A model generated the notes under the pieces. That model worked only from the letters and a program-made list of their open reading frames with translations. It searched no databases and was not told the origin of the DNA. 38,494 nt of DNA from a virus (lineage: Duplodnaviria; Caudoviricetes), in the IMG/VR virus record IMGVR_UViG_3300032608_000443, positions 1-38,494 of that record; one strand, 5' to 3'. Both the position numbers and the translations under genes were made by a program. Positions 16,864-27,800 of this stretch are shown one piece after another; position 1 is the first letter of the stretch, and each line of letters opens with the position of its first letter.

Positions 16864-17021
16864 CAGAAGTCAACATCTTTTACTAATATCTTTAACGCTT
16901 TGACTAAGTCAGGCTCATGCTGTAGAGCTATCTGCTCAATCATCTTGTCATAGACAGAGTGAATCTTCTCATTATCTCCTGTCTTAACAGCATCCATTAG
17001 TACTTTTTCCATTTCTTCCAT
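16854..17021 (-). CDS. Small hypothetical protein, 55 aa (not in ORF track)
   Basis: MEEMEKVLMDAVKTGDNEKIH...DFWCA*; GGGGG RBS. Confidence 0.55.
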   Translation of the reverse strand: MEEMEKVLMDAVKTGDNEKIHSVYDKMIEQIALQHEPDLVKALKILVKDVDFWCA

Positions 17022-17140
17022 TTCATTCCCCCTTTATCTTCTTGCCTATCCAGTATGGTATTGCTAGCACTATTGCTTTAATCGCTATCAGTATTCCCAC
17101 TGTAATCATAAGCATAGAGCTTAGCAAGGATCGCAGGAAA

Positions 17141-17872
17141 CTATTCCTCTTCTTGTTGCGCATAGTCATAGGCATATAACTTCTCCAGTATTGTTGGGAA
17201 ATCTGCTTCTTCTCCTGACGAAAGGCCTTGGAATTGCGTTTTAGTGATAAACTGATCTGATGGCCCAATCCTAAGCCAACGCTTACCACTCTTCTCATGT
17301 ACCTCAAGATGTCCTACTACATCAACTATCCCACACAACTCAGGTGCTATCTTACGGGACATCTTTGGGAAGGTACGGGTAACAATGATACCTGAGTCAC
17401 TATTCTTGATGTCAAGCAACTGCTCCCAGGCATTGAATACAACTGTGATATTGTTGTAGATCAGGTCTCTAAAGAGGTGGATAGCTTCCCTTAACTTAAA
17501 GGCCGCGTCCCCATACTCCCTGAGTTCAGTAAACTCCTTACCCCTACGTTTAGTAAGAGACAGGATTATGCACTGTTCCAGCTCTGAAATGTTATCAACC
17601 ACCACGTACTTAAACGGATGCTTTTCTGTACGTAGGTACTTGTACAATTCATCTAACTTGTCAAGATTGTCAGCGTTGATGTTGATGGCAACGTGACCAG
17701 TGCCTAACAATGGCCCTAATCCTGCCTCCGTGTTAATGATAAGGGTCTCGCCTGGAGGAAGGGTGGAAGCAAGCGTGGTCTTGCCAACACCTGGATCAGC
17801 GTAGATCACAAAGGCGATCCCCCTATCAATAGTATTACCTACCTTAGTAAACTCCATTTGGGTTCCTTTCAT
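17141..17872 (-). CDS. Sak4-like (AAA_24) single-strand annealing ATPase
   Basis: YADPGVGKTT Walker A; VVVDNISE Walker B; VDVVGHL. Confidence 0.85.
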   Translation of the reverse strand: MKGTQMEFTKVGNTIDRGIAFVIYADPGVGKTTLASTLPPGETLIINTEAGLGPLLGTGHVAININADNLDKLDELYKYLRTEKHPFKYVVVDNISELEQCIILSLTKRRGKEFTELREYGDAAFKLREAIHLFRDLIYNNITVVFNAWEQLLDIKNSDSGIIVTRTFPKMSRKIAPELCGIVDVVGHLEVHEKSGKRWLRIGPSDQFITKTQFQGLSSGEEADFPTILEKLYAYDYAQQEEE

Positions 17873-18100
17873 CTAAAAGATGCCCGCCTTTTTCTTAACT
17901 GCTGCCTTGTCTAGCTTCTTATTCAGTTCACCCACGGCCTTGACTAGCTCTTTGGAAGCATCTAAACAGGCGCTTAGCTTCTTATCAAGGCTATCAAGTG
18001 TTACTGGTACTTCTATTTCTGGTGTTGGTATTTCAGCATTACCTGGTGTTGGTGGATCTATTTGTGTTGGATCTTGTGGTGCTGGATCATTGAATCCCAT
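17873..18100 (-). CDS. Hypothetical coiled-coil protein (start MGFNDP)
   Basis: AAGGAG RBS before ATG 18100. Confidence 0.6.
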   Translation of the reverse strand: MGFNDPAPQDPTQIDPPTPGNAEIPTPEIEVPVTLDSLDKKLSACLDASKELVKAVGELNKKLDKAAVKKKAGIF

Positions 18101-18123
18101 TGTATTCTCCTTTTGGTTGTTGA

Positions 18124-18349
18124 AGCGGGTGGAGGAAAGGTTAAGTAAGGAGTGACAACAAGCCACAATCACCCATTACAATCAGGCCTTGGTTTAGCTC
18201 ACTTACAACTGACAACATCTTCTCAATAAGAGTTTCTCGTTTTTAATGAGCTTGACAACGGCCAATCTGGTTTTAACCATTAGTTTTAGGTTAGATATCC
18301 GGGATCACCCGAATTATCTGTCACCTTGCTCTCCCTCTCCCCACCTGCT
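18124..18349 (-). ncRNA. ~225-nt structured RNA with repeated UUGU(C/A)A motifs
   Basis: Long imperfect outer stem AGCAGGTGGGGA...GGTGACA / TGTCAC...TCCTCCACCCGCT; inner hairpins; ~6-7 TTGT(C/A)A-like units. Confidence 0.7.
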
Positions 18350-18365
18350 ACTGAGCCCAGGGAAC

Positions 18366-18665
18366 CTAGCTCAGCGGTGCAAGTAGTTTTTCCACACTCG
18401 CTTCAATCTCTATCTTGGTTAACGCGTTAGATTGCTTTACCCTGCTGTCTGCCTGAAATAAGAAGAGTTCGAGTTCAGTGATCTTCTTGTCCACTGCCTT
18501 GACATCATACTGTGGTTCAATGTCCTCTTTCTTATCATTATCTCTGTCCATCCAAGTTGTGGTGCGCTTTACTGCTACCTCATCACGCAAGCGCCTAAGC
18601 TGAGATAATCTTTCGCGTACTGCTTTCTGAAGAGCCATAGTTTCGTTCACAGTCATTAGTGCCAT
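18366..18665 (-). CDS. DIP1984/DUF6847-like helical protein
   Basis: MTVNETMALQKAVRERLSQL...YDVKAVDKKITEL...DSRVKQSNALTKI resembles the family pattern (MklaEAL..r..l...L...I...N..T.i). Confidence 0.55.
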   Translation of the reverse strand: MALMTVNETMALQKAVRERLSQLRRLRDEVAVKRTTTWMDRDNDKKEDIEPQYDVKAVDKKITELELFLFQADSRVKQSNALTKIEIEASVEKLLAPLS

Positions 18666-19561
18666 TATTTCACCCCCTTTCTATCATAGTTCAATTCTAC
18701 TGTTAGCTTATCTGGTTGGTCCATGAAGCATACCTTGCTGTAAGGGCACATGCTATTGAATCTCCAACAGCTATCCATGTTGCGGTTCCATTGGCCCTTG
18801 TTCCGGTGCCGCCTTATATCGTTGATTGTATCTGTCATATCTTCTTCATAGTGCCTGAGCTGTACCCTGGATCTATACTCAGGGTGCTGTAAGTAATACT
18901 TCCTACTGTTCTGAGGCAAGGCACCATCATATTTATATAAGTTCGTTATCCTCTTAGCATAAGAAACCATGTCCTCATCCACTCGCTTATATAATCTGGG
19001 CTTACGGACACAGTCATATATGACTCCCTTAACATCTATCCCCATCCTCTGCAGTGCATAGACATAGGCAGTAGCTTGTATTGAGGTACTCTGCCGGCCC
19101 TTAAACTGCTTAGGACTAAAGCTAGTAGTCTTTAGCTCCCTGATCCAATACAAGCCCTTGACCTTAACTAACCCATCTACCCGGCCTACAAACCTCACGC
19201 TCCTGAGCTTACCAAACTGTATCTCAAACTCCTTCTCAGATTGTATCTCTTCATACTGGCTAAGGTCTTTATGAGGGTAGTAAGCCCACATCGCTGCAGC
19301 TGTATTCTCATCTACCGCCAGGTCTTCTACCTGATTAAAATGGTTAGCAGCTTTAGCATTGGCCTCCTTGTACACTTCCCTTATCTGAGTGATAGGTGAC
19401 CCTGACTGTGAGTAATGAGCATCAAAGGCCTGGTGTAGTGCTGAACCCAGAGTGAGGGCGAGGGACTTACTCTTTGGGGTAAGCCCCTCAATGTAGTGCC
19501 AATAGTACTTCTTAGGGCAGGTCCTGAACATAGATGTTGAACTATTGCTTACCTTTAGCAT
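18665..19561 (-). CDS. PD-(D/E)XK RecB/Cas4-like exonuclease
   Basis: SNSS...CPKKY; GSALH; GRVDG...ELKT; Q...Y; C-terminal C...CPY...C. Confidence 0.85.
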   Translation of the reverse strand: MLKVSNSSTSMFRTCPKKYYWHYIEGLTPKSKSLALTLGSALHQAFDAHYSQSGSPITQIREVYKEANAKAANHFNQVEDLAVDENTAAAMWAYYPHKDLSQYEEIQSEKEFEIQFGKLRSVRFVGRVDGLVKVKGLYWIRELKTTSFSPKQFKGRQSTSIQATAYVYALQRMGIDVKGVIYDCVRKPRLYKRVDEDMVSYAKRITNLYKYDGALPQNSRKYYLQHPEYRSRVQLRHYEEDMTDTINDIRRHRNKGQWNRNMDSCWRFNSMCPYSKVCFMDQPDKLTVELNYDRKGVK

Positions 19562-19619
19562 ATTCCCCTCGCGATTAAGAACTTGATTATATTGTAAACT
19601 ACCACTAATAACCCGTACA

Positions 19620-19871
19620 TTACACTTCTCCTGAAGGTACAAAAGCTAGGGCCTCGGCAACTGAAATCTCACCGTTGTTATCTTCTACTTCAGTTGAAGT
19701 ATTGTACATCCAGCCATTAGGTACTTTAAAACGCTTGGTAGACTTCATAATACGGATAGCACCATTATCAAATACTGCCTTGCCTATTAACTCACCTGGA
19801 AATGGTACTATGATCTTCCAGCCATTCTTTGTTGCTTCTACTTCATTGGTGTTAATCATATTTCTAGTCAT
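19620..19871 (-). CDS. Hypothetical phage protein
   Basis: STKRFKVPNGW...ALAFVP. Confidence 0.6.
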   Translation of the reverse strand: MTRNMINTNEVEATKNGWKIIVPFPGELIGKAVFDNGAIRIMKSTKRFKVPNGWMYNTSTEVEDNNGEISVAEALAFVPSGEV

Positions 19872-19873
19872 TC

Positions 19874-20026
19874 TTAGGCCTCCTCTACCAGTTTAATAAT
19901 CTTGTACAGCACACCAGAAGTCAGGAAGTTTACTATCTTTAAAACCTCCTTGATCTGAGCGATATCTACTTGCACTTTACCTTCTTCTAACTGCGATACT
20001 TCTACTGCAAAATCACTAACTTTCAT
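19874..20026 (-). CDS. Small hypothetical protein (start MKVSDF)
   Basis: AAAGGGG RBS. Confidence 0.55.
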   Translation of the reverse strand: MKVSDFAVEVSQLEEGKVQVDIAQIKEVLKIVNFLTSGVLYKIIKLVEEA

Positions 20027-20140
20027 TGGTTCCCCCTTTCTGACAAAAAAAGACACACCATCTTTGTGATAGTGTGTCTCTCGTCGATTGTTTTTAATTG
20101 TGACAACATCAATTCTCCAGGTTTATTTATCGATGATCAG

Positions 20141-20169
20141 AGTGTACCAGAAGAATTGATAATTGTCAA
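20141..20169 (-). promoter_or_regulatory. Sigma70 promoter driving the replication operon
   Basis: TTGACA (20169-20164), 17 nt, TACACT (20146-20141); A-tract UP-like element. Confidence 0.8.
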
Positions 20170-20178
20170 GAACTTTTT

Positions 20179-20406
20179 TTACAGCCAGATATCCTTCAGG
20201 TACTTTACGAAGACTTCTTCGATCTGGTCAAAGACTTTCCTGACCTTCGCTACCAGCTCATCATCAAGCTTACCCGGCAGTAAGACCGCCAGCAGGCGTA
20301 TTACTACCATGATCAGTTCTCGTATCAAGGGTAGCGCCACCTGGAGAAGTCCAAGGAATCCCGCTATGTTCTTTGGTATCAGTTTCCTTAACAGTTTCTT
20401 TATCAT
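20179..20406 (-). CDS. Small membrane protein (holin-like)
   Basis: Basic N-terminus, hydrophobic core; end of late operon. Confidence 0.45.
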   Translation of the reverse strand: MIKKLLRKLIPKNIAGFLGLLQVALPLIRELIMVVIRLLAVLLPGKLDDELVAKVRKVFDQIEEVFVKYLKDIWL

Positions 20407-20592
20407 GACCGAGTTCCTCTACTAGGTCTACATACAATTGGTCTAAAGCATCTGATAACTTACGTTGGGTCTGAGCTATCCGCTTTAGGTCGTGAAGGAT
20501 TGTCCCGCTTACCGTGGCTTTCGCATCTCCCGCTCTGTTGTTCATATCTGACTTGGTAGTGGGTCGTCCACTGCGTCAGCGGGACAAAACCA

Positions 20593-21285
20593 TTACCAAC
20601 CGTACTTAACTGTAGCTATCAAGGCTTTCTCATCAATCAACTTACCTTCAATTGAGATTGCCAAGCGCTCAGTTGGGTTACCTACAAGACCAAGGCGTAT
20701 GCCCAGGTTCTTATCAGCATCTAAATCTGCATCAAGACCAGTACCGAAACCTTCAACATCTATATCGATAAGGGTATCGCTCCAGACTACTGCTACGTAT
20801 GGTTTCATATTCAAGTCAAGATTTGCTGTAGCTTTGATACCAAGCTCATACTCATGAAGCTTAACATCAGACTTCAGTGGCATAGAAACAGATGTGTTAT
20901 TAATTACTACCTCATCTATCTCTGCATCACCAAAGCGGTAGCCACCTATTAAACTAAGGTCTACCATATCAACTGAAGTAAGAGCATACTCAGCATTAAA
21001 ACCTAAAGCTAAGCCCGCTGTGTTCTCAATTGATATGCTATCAGCATTGATTTCGGAGTCCCACACGCCTATGAGAGGAGTTACTTGAAGATCACCTATG
21101 GTAAGCTTTACACCTGCCATGTAAGTCTGGCTCTCCAATTCAACCTCCATCTCCTGACCACCTATCTCAACCGTCATGTCTTTCTCAAACTGAATATCAG
21201 CTTCTACTTCTGCGCTGAGACCAGCTAATGCCGGAGAGCTAAAGGCCAGTAATGCTACTACTGCTAACGCTAACACTTTTTTCAT
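20593..21285 (-). CDS. Outer-membrane beta-barrel protein
   Basis: Sec signal MKKVLALAVVALLAFSSPALA; alternating beta strands; C-terminal aromatic ATVKYGW. Confidence 0.75.
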   Translation of the reverse strand: MKKVLALAVVALLAFSSPALAGLSAEVEADIQFEKDMTVEIGGQEMEVELESQTYMAGVKLTIGDLQVTPLIGVWDSEINADSISIENTAGLALGFNAEYALTSVDMVDLSLIGGYRFGDAEIDEVVINNTSVSMPLKSDVKLHEYELGIKATANLDLNMKPYVAVVWSDTLIDIDVEGFGTGLDADLDADKNLGIRLGLVGNPTERLAISIEGKLIDEKALIATVKYGW

Positions 21286-21316
21286 TCTGTCACCTCCTTC
21301 TTTTTAGAATTTCCTT

Positions 21317-21586
21317 TTATTTTTTAAATAGTTTCTTTAAAGCCTGTATTTCGCGATCTGGCAAGCCTGCATTTACAGCTGACTTTACGGCGTCCTTTAT
21401 TAATGTTGGTTTTCCTAGAGGCCGATTGGCAATTGGCTTAAACTTAATCGGTTCATATTTTTTAATAGTTGGCCTTCCCTTTATATTAACCTTAATATTT
21501 GGCCTTCCCTTTATATTAACCTTAATATTCTTTGTTCCCATTCCTACCTCCTTCTTTTTAGAATTCTGTTCTTTGTTTAATTCCAT
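21317..21586 (-). CDS. Basic hypothetical protein with tandem repeat
   Basis: NIKVNIKGRP occurs twice. Confidence 0.5.
   Translation of the reverse strand: MELNKEQNSKKKEVGMGTKNIKVNIKGRPNIKVNIKGRPTIKKYEPIKFKPIANRPLGKPTLIKDAVKSAVNAGLPDREIQALKKLFKK
21470..21529. repeat. Perfect 30-nt tandem duplication
   Basis: TGGCCTTCCCTTTATATTAACCTTAATATT x2. Confidence 0.9.
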
Positions 21587-21875
21587 GTCTCTCAGTTCCT
21601 TTCCAGATCCTACCCATGTTCTTGAGTAGTGGTGCCGTCTGGGGGAACATTATCTTTTCTTGAATCCAGAGATATTTATCAATAGTTATCTTACCGCTTT
21701 CTAGATATTTGTCAAGTTCTTTCGGGTGAGCTCTGAGGTAGTTAGCTATCTTATCATCATGATAACTGATCTCTTCTACATCCCTGCGGATAGCTTCATT
21801 CTGTGAAGGGTCACCACCTGGTTCAACAGCTTGCCCTAGCTTAACACTAGCTCCCATTAAGCCAACGCCTCTCAC
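21558..21875 (-). CDS. Stand-alone paralogue of the C-terminus of the 2301-aa protein
   Basis: YLRAHPKE[LI]DKYLESGKIT and flanks shared with the last ~108 aa of the upstream gene. Confidence 0.8.
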   Translation of the reverse strand: MRGVGLMGASVKLGQAVEPGGDPSQNEAIRRDVEEISYHDDKIANYLRAHPKELDKYLESGKITIDKYLWIQEKIMFPQTAPLLKNMGRIWKGTERHGIKQRTEF

Positions 21876-24800
21876 CTCCCTTCTCTAAGTATTTTTAATG
21901 TCCGTGATTCTATACCGTGCTTTTGAGTACCTTCTATGATCGTATTTATATCTCTAAGTAATGGAACTGATACCGGCGCTGCAGCCTTCTTCTTCAACCA
22001 CAATGCTTGATCATAAGTTATCTTACCACTTTCTAAATATTTGTCAATCTCTTTCGGGTGAGCCCGCAGATACATCATGATCTTATTATTATAATAATCT
22101 ATCTCTTCCTTATCTCTCCTCCTAGCTTCATTGAGCTCAGGAGACATACCTTCTTCTTGACCAGGACCAAGCTTAACATTAGCTCCAAATAACCCAATTC
22201 CCTGAGCTAGCCTTCCTTGCCAGGTCTTAGCCATGTGCCCTGGAACATGCCAATCCTTTTTAAATTCAGTAGGCAAGACACCCTGAGTAACCATAGTCAT
22301 CAAGTCTTTCATATAATTGACAACCCCTACTGTCTTAATATCCCATAGCACCTTATTATCCATTGCATCCCGCGCAGTAACCCAGCCAAGAATGTTATTA
22401 ACTGGGACATTCAGCTTGCCCCTGAAGTACCTAAACTTATCATGGATAATACCAACAATCTGAGGAAACTCTCTCCACATAAGCACATCAAGAAAGAAGA
22501 AGCCACCAGTTACTGAGCTCTTCCAAGGAGTTTTAATCCAGAACTTCCCCATTCCATTGTTTAAGAAAGCCCACTTATCCTCTTCTTTTGTATCCTCAGG
22601 ACCAAAAGCCTGCCATAAAGCAAACTGTATAAGATTATTAAATACTGTCCTGGTACCAGCAACTCTTGCTAAGTGCTCAGCATAGATACCAGTCATGGCT
22701 GCCATGTCCGTAGCAGATTTCTCCCCATGGAGAAGAGAATTCATCATTGAACCACCAGCTCTGGCTAACTTTGGTAGGAATGATGGGTTACCATCTATTG
22801 CCCTATAACCATGGCCCATATACCAGAGAGGATAAGCAGCACCTGTCAGCTGCCTAAAGAAAGACATAGTAAAGTCACGGGCAAAGAGAACGCATGCTAG
22901 TAATGGCCCTTCATGGCCATAAACTGAGCTATTAAGCAAACCAGTCAGGTCACCCACCAGCATAGTAGCCCTGCGAGCTGCAGTATCCTCAGCCCAGCCT
23001 TCCTCCATAAACCTGTCATAGAAGGTGCTACATAGTTCATATATAATCTTAGGTAAATAGTGATTAAAAGCCGCGTTGTCCATACCAAACTTACTAGATA
23101 CAACTTCAGCCAAGTTATCAAATATAGGCCGTTGGTTAGGGTGCTGGGTATCTACAGACTTCTGATATAGTGACATCAAGGCCCAGTCCATAGAGAAAGA
23201 AGGAATACCATGTTTAAGCATATGGTACATCTTCTTTGCCTCGTAGTCATTATCCTTGAAGTGTTCCAAGGGATCATGCTGACGTAAAACTGTATTCCTT
23301 ATATCTCTAAACCCTCTTATTATAGGAGTTGCTTTAGCATTAACTCCCTTGAACCAGCCAGGAACAAAAGGTTTGATACCATGGTTCCAAGCCTGCTTAA
23401 GTCCCAAATGAGCCCAAGGAGTAGATGCCATCTGGAACATATATTTCATAGGGGTAATCATAATAAGTCTTTTAGCTGTCCTAGCATACCTGAGTATAGC
23501 TTTCATCCAGCCTGGAGTCCTAACATCGCGGGGTAAGGATTTAAATAAATCAAATACGTTCCTATGAACATATGGTGCCTGGAATGAACCCTTATGCCAT
23601 ACAGCTAATCCTTGCTCTGACTTAAGCTGAACATAGCCTAGTTTAGTAAAGATAGCGTTGGCTTCAGCTGCGTTATCACTAATTTCATGTTCATAAGAAA
23701 CCATATTTAAAGGCTTGCCTTCATAAACTACTCCTGAATCTAACTTCATTAACCGCTCTACTAAATTATGCTGATCAATTAGCCTCCCCATAGTCTCAGC
23801 ATATGAGCCGGCCACAGTAGAGAAGCTTTCTGATGGCTGCAACGAATCACTAGTCTCACCTTCAACTGCTATCTCAGCTTTAGTTTTAACCCAGAACTCA
23901 TCATAAGTACGGTAGTTACGTTCAGGTACCCTCAGCTCTCCTATATTACCAGTAAATTCCTTGGATGATCTCTGGTGTAGTGGCTTAGCTACAATCCTTT
24001 TAGTATAACCCTCTTGGTGTAATGAGTAGATCCTTGACCCATCTAGAGCACCAGATTCAAGACCAGCTTCAAGACCAGGATTCTGTATGTCATTCTTAAA
24101 ATCTATTACTGTATCTTTAAGAGAAGCTGGTACTAACTTACCATAAGCAAATTGATCTCTGCCAGCAGCCCAGTTAGATACATCCTGAGCAGTTATAGGT
24201 AAGTCTAACCTACGGTGCATTTCTGTCATGCCAGCTACGAAAGTAGCTGCCTCTTCTTGAGTTTCATGCTTACCACCAAGACCTATATTACTAGCATAGA
24301 ATTGACCAGGAACATTCTTACCTACTAATTCTTCAGAATGCTTAAGGAGTAACCAGTCATAAGCTTTAAAAGTTTTATCAGCTGCCATACTGGTACGCTT
24401 CCCTTTGAAGGTACTCTTTCTACCTATACCAGGAAACTTACTAGGAGTAACTGGAAATAAGGTATCAACATAATCCCATATTTGTCCTTGTATATCATTC
24501 TGGATAGCCCCACCAACAGTAGTATGTAAGGTTACAGATCTCTTAATAGCCTGCATATAATTAATAGCTTTGGACTTAAGGTGCAACTGCCACATCTTAG
24601 AAGGCTTAGGCCACTCCCAACCAGCTATTCTATCTTTACCATAAAAGCGGATTAACATCTCACGCTTTTCAAGATCTTCAACACCAAATATCTTCATAGC
24701 TGCAAGGTGCATTCTCATCATAGTACTAACTGACTGATGCTTAGCACCAGAAGAACTCTCATTAATATTTATAGGTTTAGTACCCTTGAAGTTAGGCCTG

Positions 24801-27800
24801 GGTTGACCACCCAACGCTTCATCAAGTTTCTTCAGGTTCTCAGGATTGAATCTCTTCATCGCATCATCAATGTGATCCTTATGATCCTTGGCTGCCTGCT
24901 TTTTAAAGTCATTAACAGCCTTCTCATAGTAAGCTTTAACCACCTTCTTGTTATCAAGGTAAGCTAGCTGTTTCTTCTTGAACCCTTCTATCTGTGCCTT
25001 CTTGCGGTCTACATACTTACCATTCTCCAGGTTCTTATATAACTTCTTAATCTCTTTCTCAGCTAGCCTTATTCTACCATCAACTGACCTTAGCTGAGCG
25101 TAGTACTCATCCGCCAGCTCCTTGGCCTTGAGCTTACTTATCTCAGCTTGGTTGAGGTCAATCTCCCGCATACCAAGGATACCCTTATCTCCAATGTATT
25201 CCCATATCCTTTGAGCTGAGCCTTTCCTACCAGCTGAACGCTTCTGAGCTGATATAATCCTATTAGCTACTGCTAGCTTTTCTCTTAAAAAAGCTTGCTG
25301 CTCATCAGTAAGTAGGTCCATAACCTTCTGCACTGAACTCATTACATCAGTAGAATCTAAATTGATATTAATACCAAGATCATTAAAGTAAGCTTGAGCT
25401 ATGTCAAAAACAGCCAATCCAATTGATTCACCCTTCTCATCTAAAACTATAGGTTCACTGGAAAGAGTCTGCTGCTTAGCGAAGTTCTCTGTTTCAGTAT
25501 CAATCTCCTGGACTATGCTACTAGGTGACTGGGTTCCTTTCTTAGCTATATACTTATCTATGAAATCAACACCAGTAAACTTGAATTTGCTCTTACTAGG
25601 TCTGGTTGGAATACTCTGCACTTTATTGTCAGAATCATAAGGGATGATTGATTTCTCAAGTTCATAAGCTAAATCAGCTCTACCAGCTTTTTCTAAAGCT
25701 ATAATAGAAGCCATCATCTCATCCATTTCCGTACCATCAAGGCCGGTATTCAGATGAGCACGCTCATGCTCTACTGCAAACTGGAAGAACTGGCTCTTAC
25801 TTATCCCTCTTGGTAAGCGTTGTAACAACCAACCCGATTCCCCAAATCTACGACTCCTAGACTTACCTTCAAGCCTGAAGTGCTTAAAACCTGTAAAGCC
25901 CTTGTTATATACATTCCAGTACTTATCCAAGGTCTTCTGCTGAACATAGATAGTACCATTACTTCTCTTAACCCCGGCTGCTCTGAAGGCCTTCTTACCC
26001 CTAGGATCAAGATTAAACATAGTAGTACCATCTTTCCACTCCTGATTCCTAATCATCACGCGTATAGCTTTCTCTGGCTTATCTACCTTCTCGGCCATAC
26101 GCCTGTATTTATCAAGTAACTCAGCACTAGCTTTAGGATTCTTTATTACCGGAGGATAGGTACTAGTGAAGTCTAGCTTCCCAGCCTTTACTGTTGGCTT
26201 GACTTCTTCAAGTTTATCACGAAAGTACTCTGGGCCATGCTGCAAGTCTGATCTTTCATGAATATACCCTAAAGCCTTCTCAGACATATTTACAGCATTA
26301 GTTACTTTACCTTCATAGTATAACCTTTCAGCTAGATCTACTATTTCATATATCTTTTTTTGTCCTCTAACTCGTTCTCCAATATTCTTACCAGGTATAT
26401 CCCAATTCTTAGCAGCAGTCCTCAACTGCTGAAAATAATGTAGTATCTCAGCTTCAACAGCAGTAGCAAAACCCTTAGTTCTTGCTGGATGCTTATGTAA
26501 TCTATCAAGAGTCACTTGATCAAACCCAACCGGCCCCTTACCTAATCCTTCTGGTCCGATATCTACCACAACAGGTTTGGGTGGTTCCGGGAGAGGAGCT
26601 TCCTCATCTATTACTGCTCCTTCAACTACATCAACTACAGTGTACTGGGCCTCAGCTGCAGCAGGATCAGGGAACTTAATACCTTTTTTATTAATAAGAT
26701 GCTGAATTAGGCTTTCTGTTTCAGAAGCCATATCTCTTTCACCAGCCCGCTCAGCTAAGTAGTGCATATCTTTTGGTAGTATACCATAAGCCAGCATGAG
26801 GTCTGGGAACTCATGTGCTATGTGAGGCTTCTTATCTACACCCATCCATAAAAGAAACTTAGTTCCTCCTTTCCTGTTTGGATCACCCCCTATTACAACA
26901 GCTACATTCTTTACCCCTTCATCCAGATACTTAGCTATGGTGGGAGCTATGTCAGGTACATTAGCACCCTTCTCTAGCATGGGAGATATTAATCTTATAA
27001 GAGATTCAGCAATAGGACCAGGTAGCTTTGCAAAGGTAGGAAACTTATCCTTGTTATCTTCTAGGAAATCAACAAGTGTATCCCTAGCCTTTATTCTTTG
27101 ATTATCATCAATCGGATCTAAGGATACCTGAGTAGAAGCCTTATCACCCTTCTTATACATATTATATTGATACTGAGGTCTTTCACCTCTGAGAGTAGGC
27201 TCAGTCCTAGGTGGCTTACCATCAACAATATTCTTAACTTGCTTCCTATTAAATTCACCTAGCTTACCATCACCATCTTTGATTATCTCAACTTTATATT
27301 TATCTGATAAGGCTACTACATCACCAAGGTTCTCTTCAATAAAGGTCAGGTCTTTCTCTTCTTGAGATAGCTTTTCTAATGCTACAGGCCGGCCAGTCTT
27401 CTTATCTATGAACCCAACGCTTGGAGCATACTGATAACTCTTAGTCTTAAGTCTGGGTTCTATCTTCTCATGAAGATTAAACCTGGTCTTATCCATGGCC
27501 TTCATAAAGTCACCCTGAAGGGCAGTCTTCTGGCCACCTCCATCTAGAATTTCGGCTCTATTAGACTCCTCGGCCCTTAGCTTCATGGTTGAACCAACTT
27601 CACCAGCAAGACCACCACCACCGGCAGGCATAGTAATAAAAGCCGTAGCTTTAAGAGCTTGAGCAGTTTCCTTAAGAGCATCTTGAGTTAGCCTACCAGC
27701 TATATCAGCATGAGTAAGCCGACCCCCTGGACCAGTACCCTTAAGATTACCAGCCAGATAATCACCTATAATTAATGTAGCATTCTCAACTATCTTCTGT

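Noticed and set aside
21558-22200. DGR template/variable repeat pair
   Set aside because: Differences are not adenine-specific and there is no reverse transcriptase in the window.
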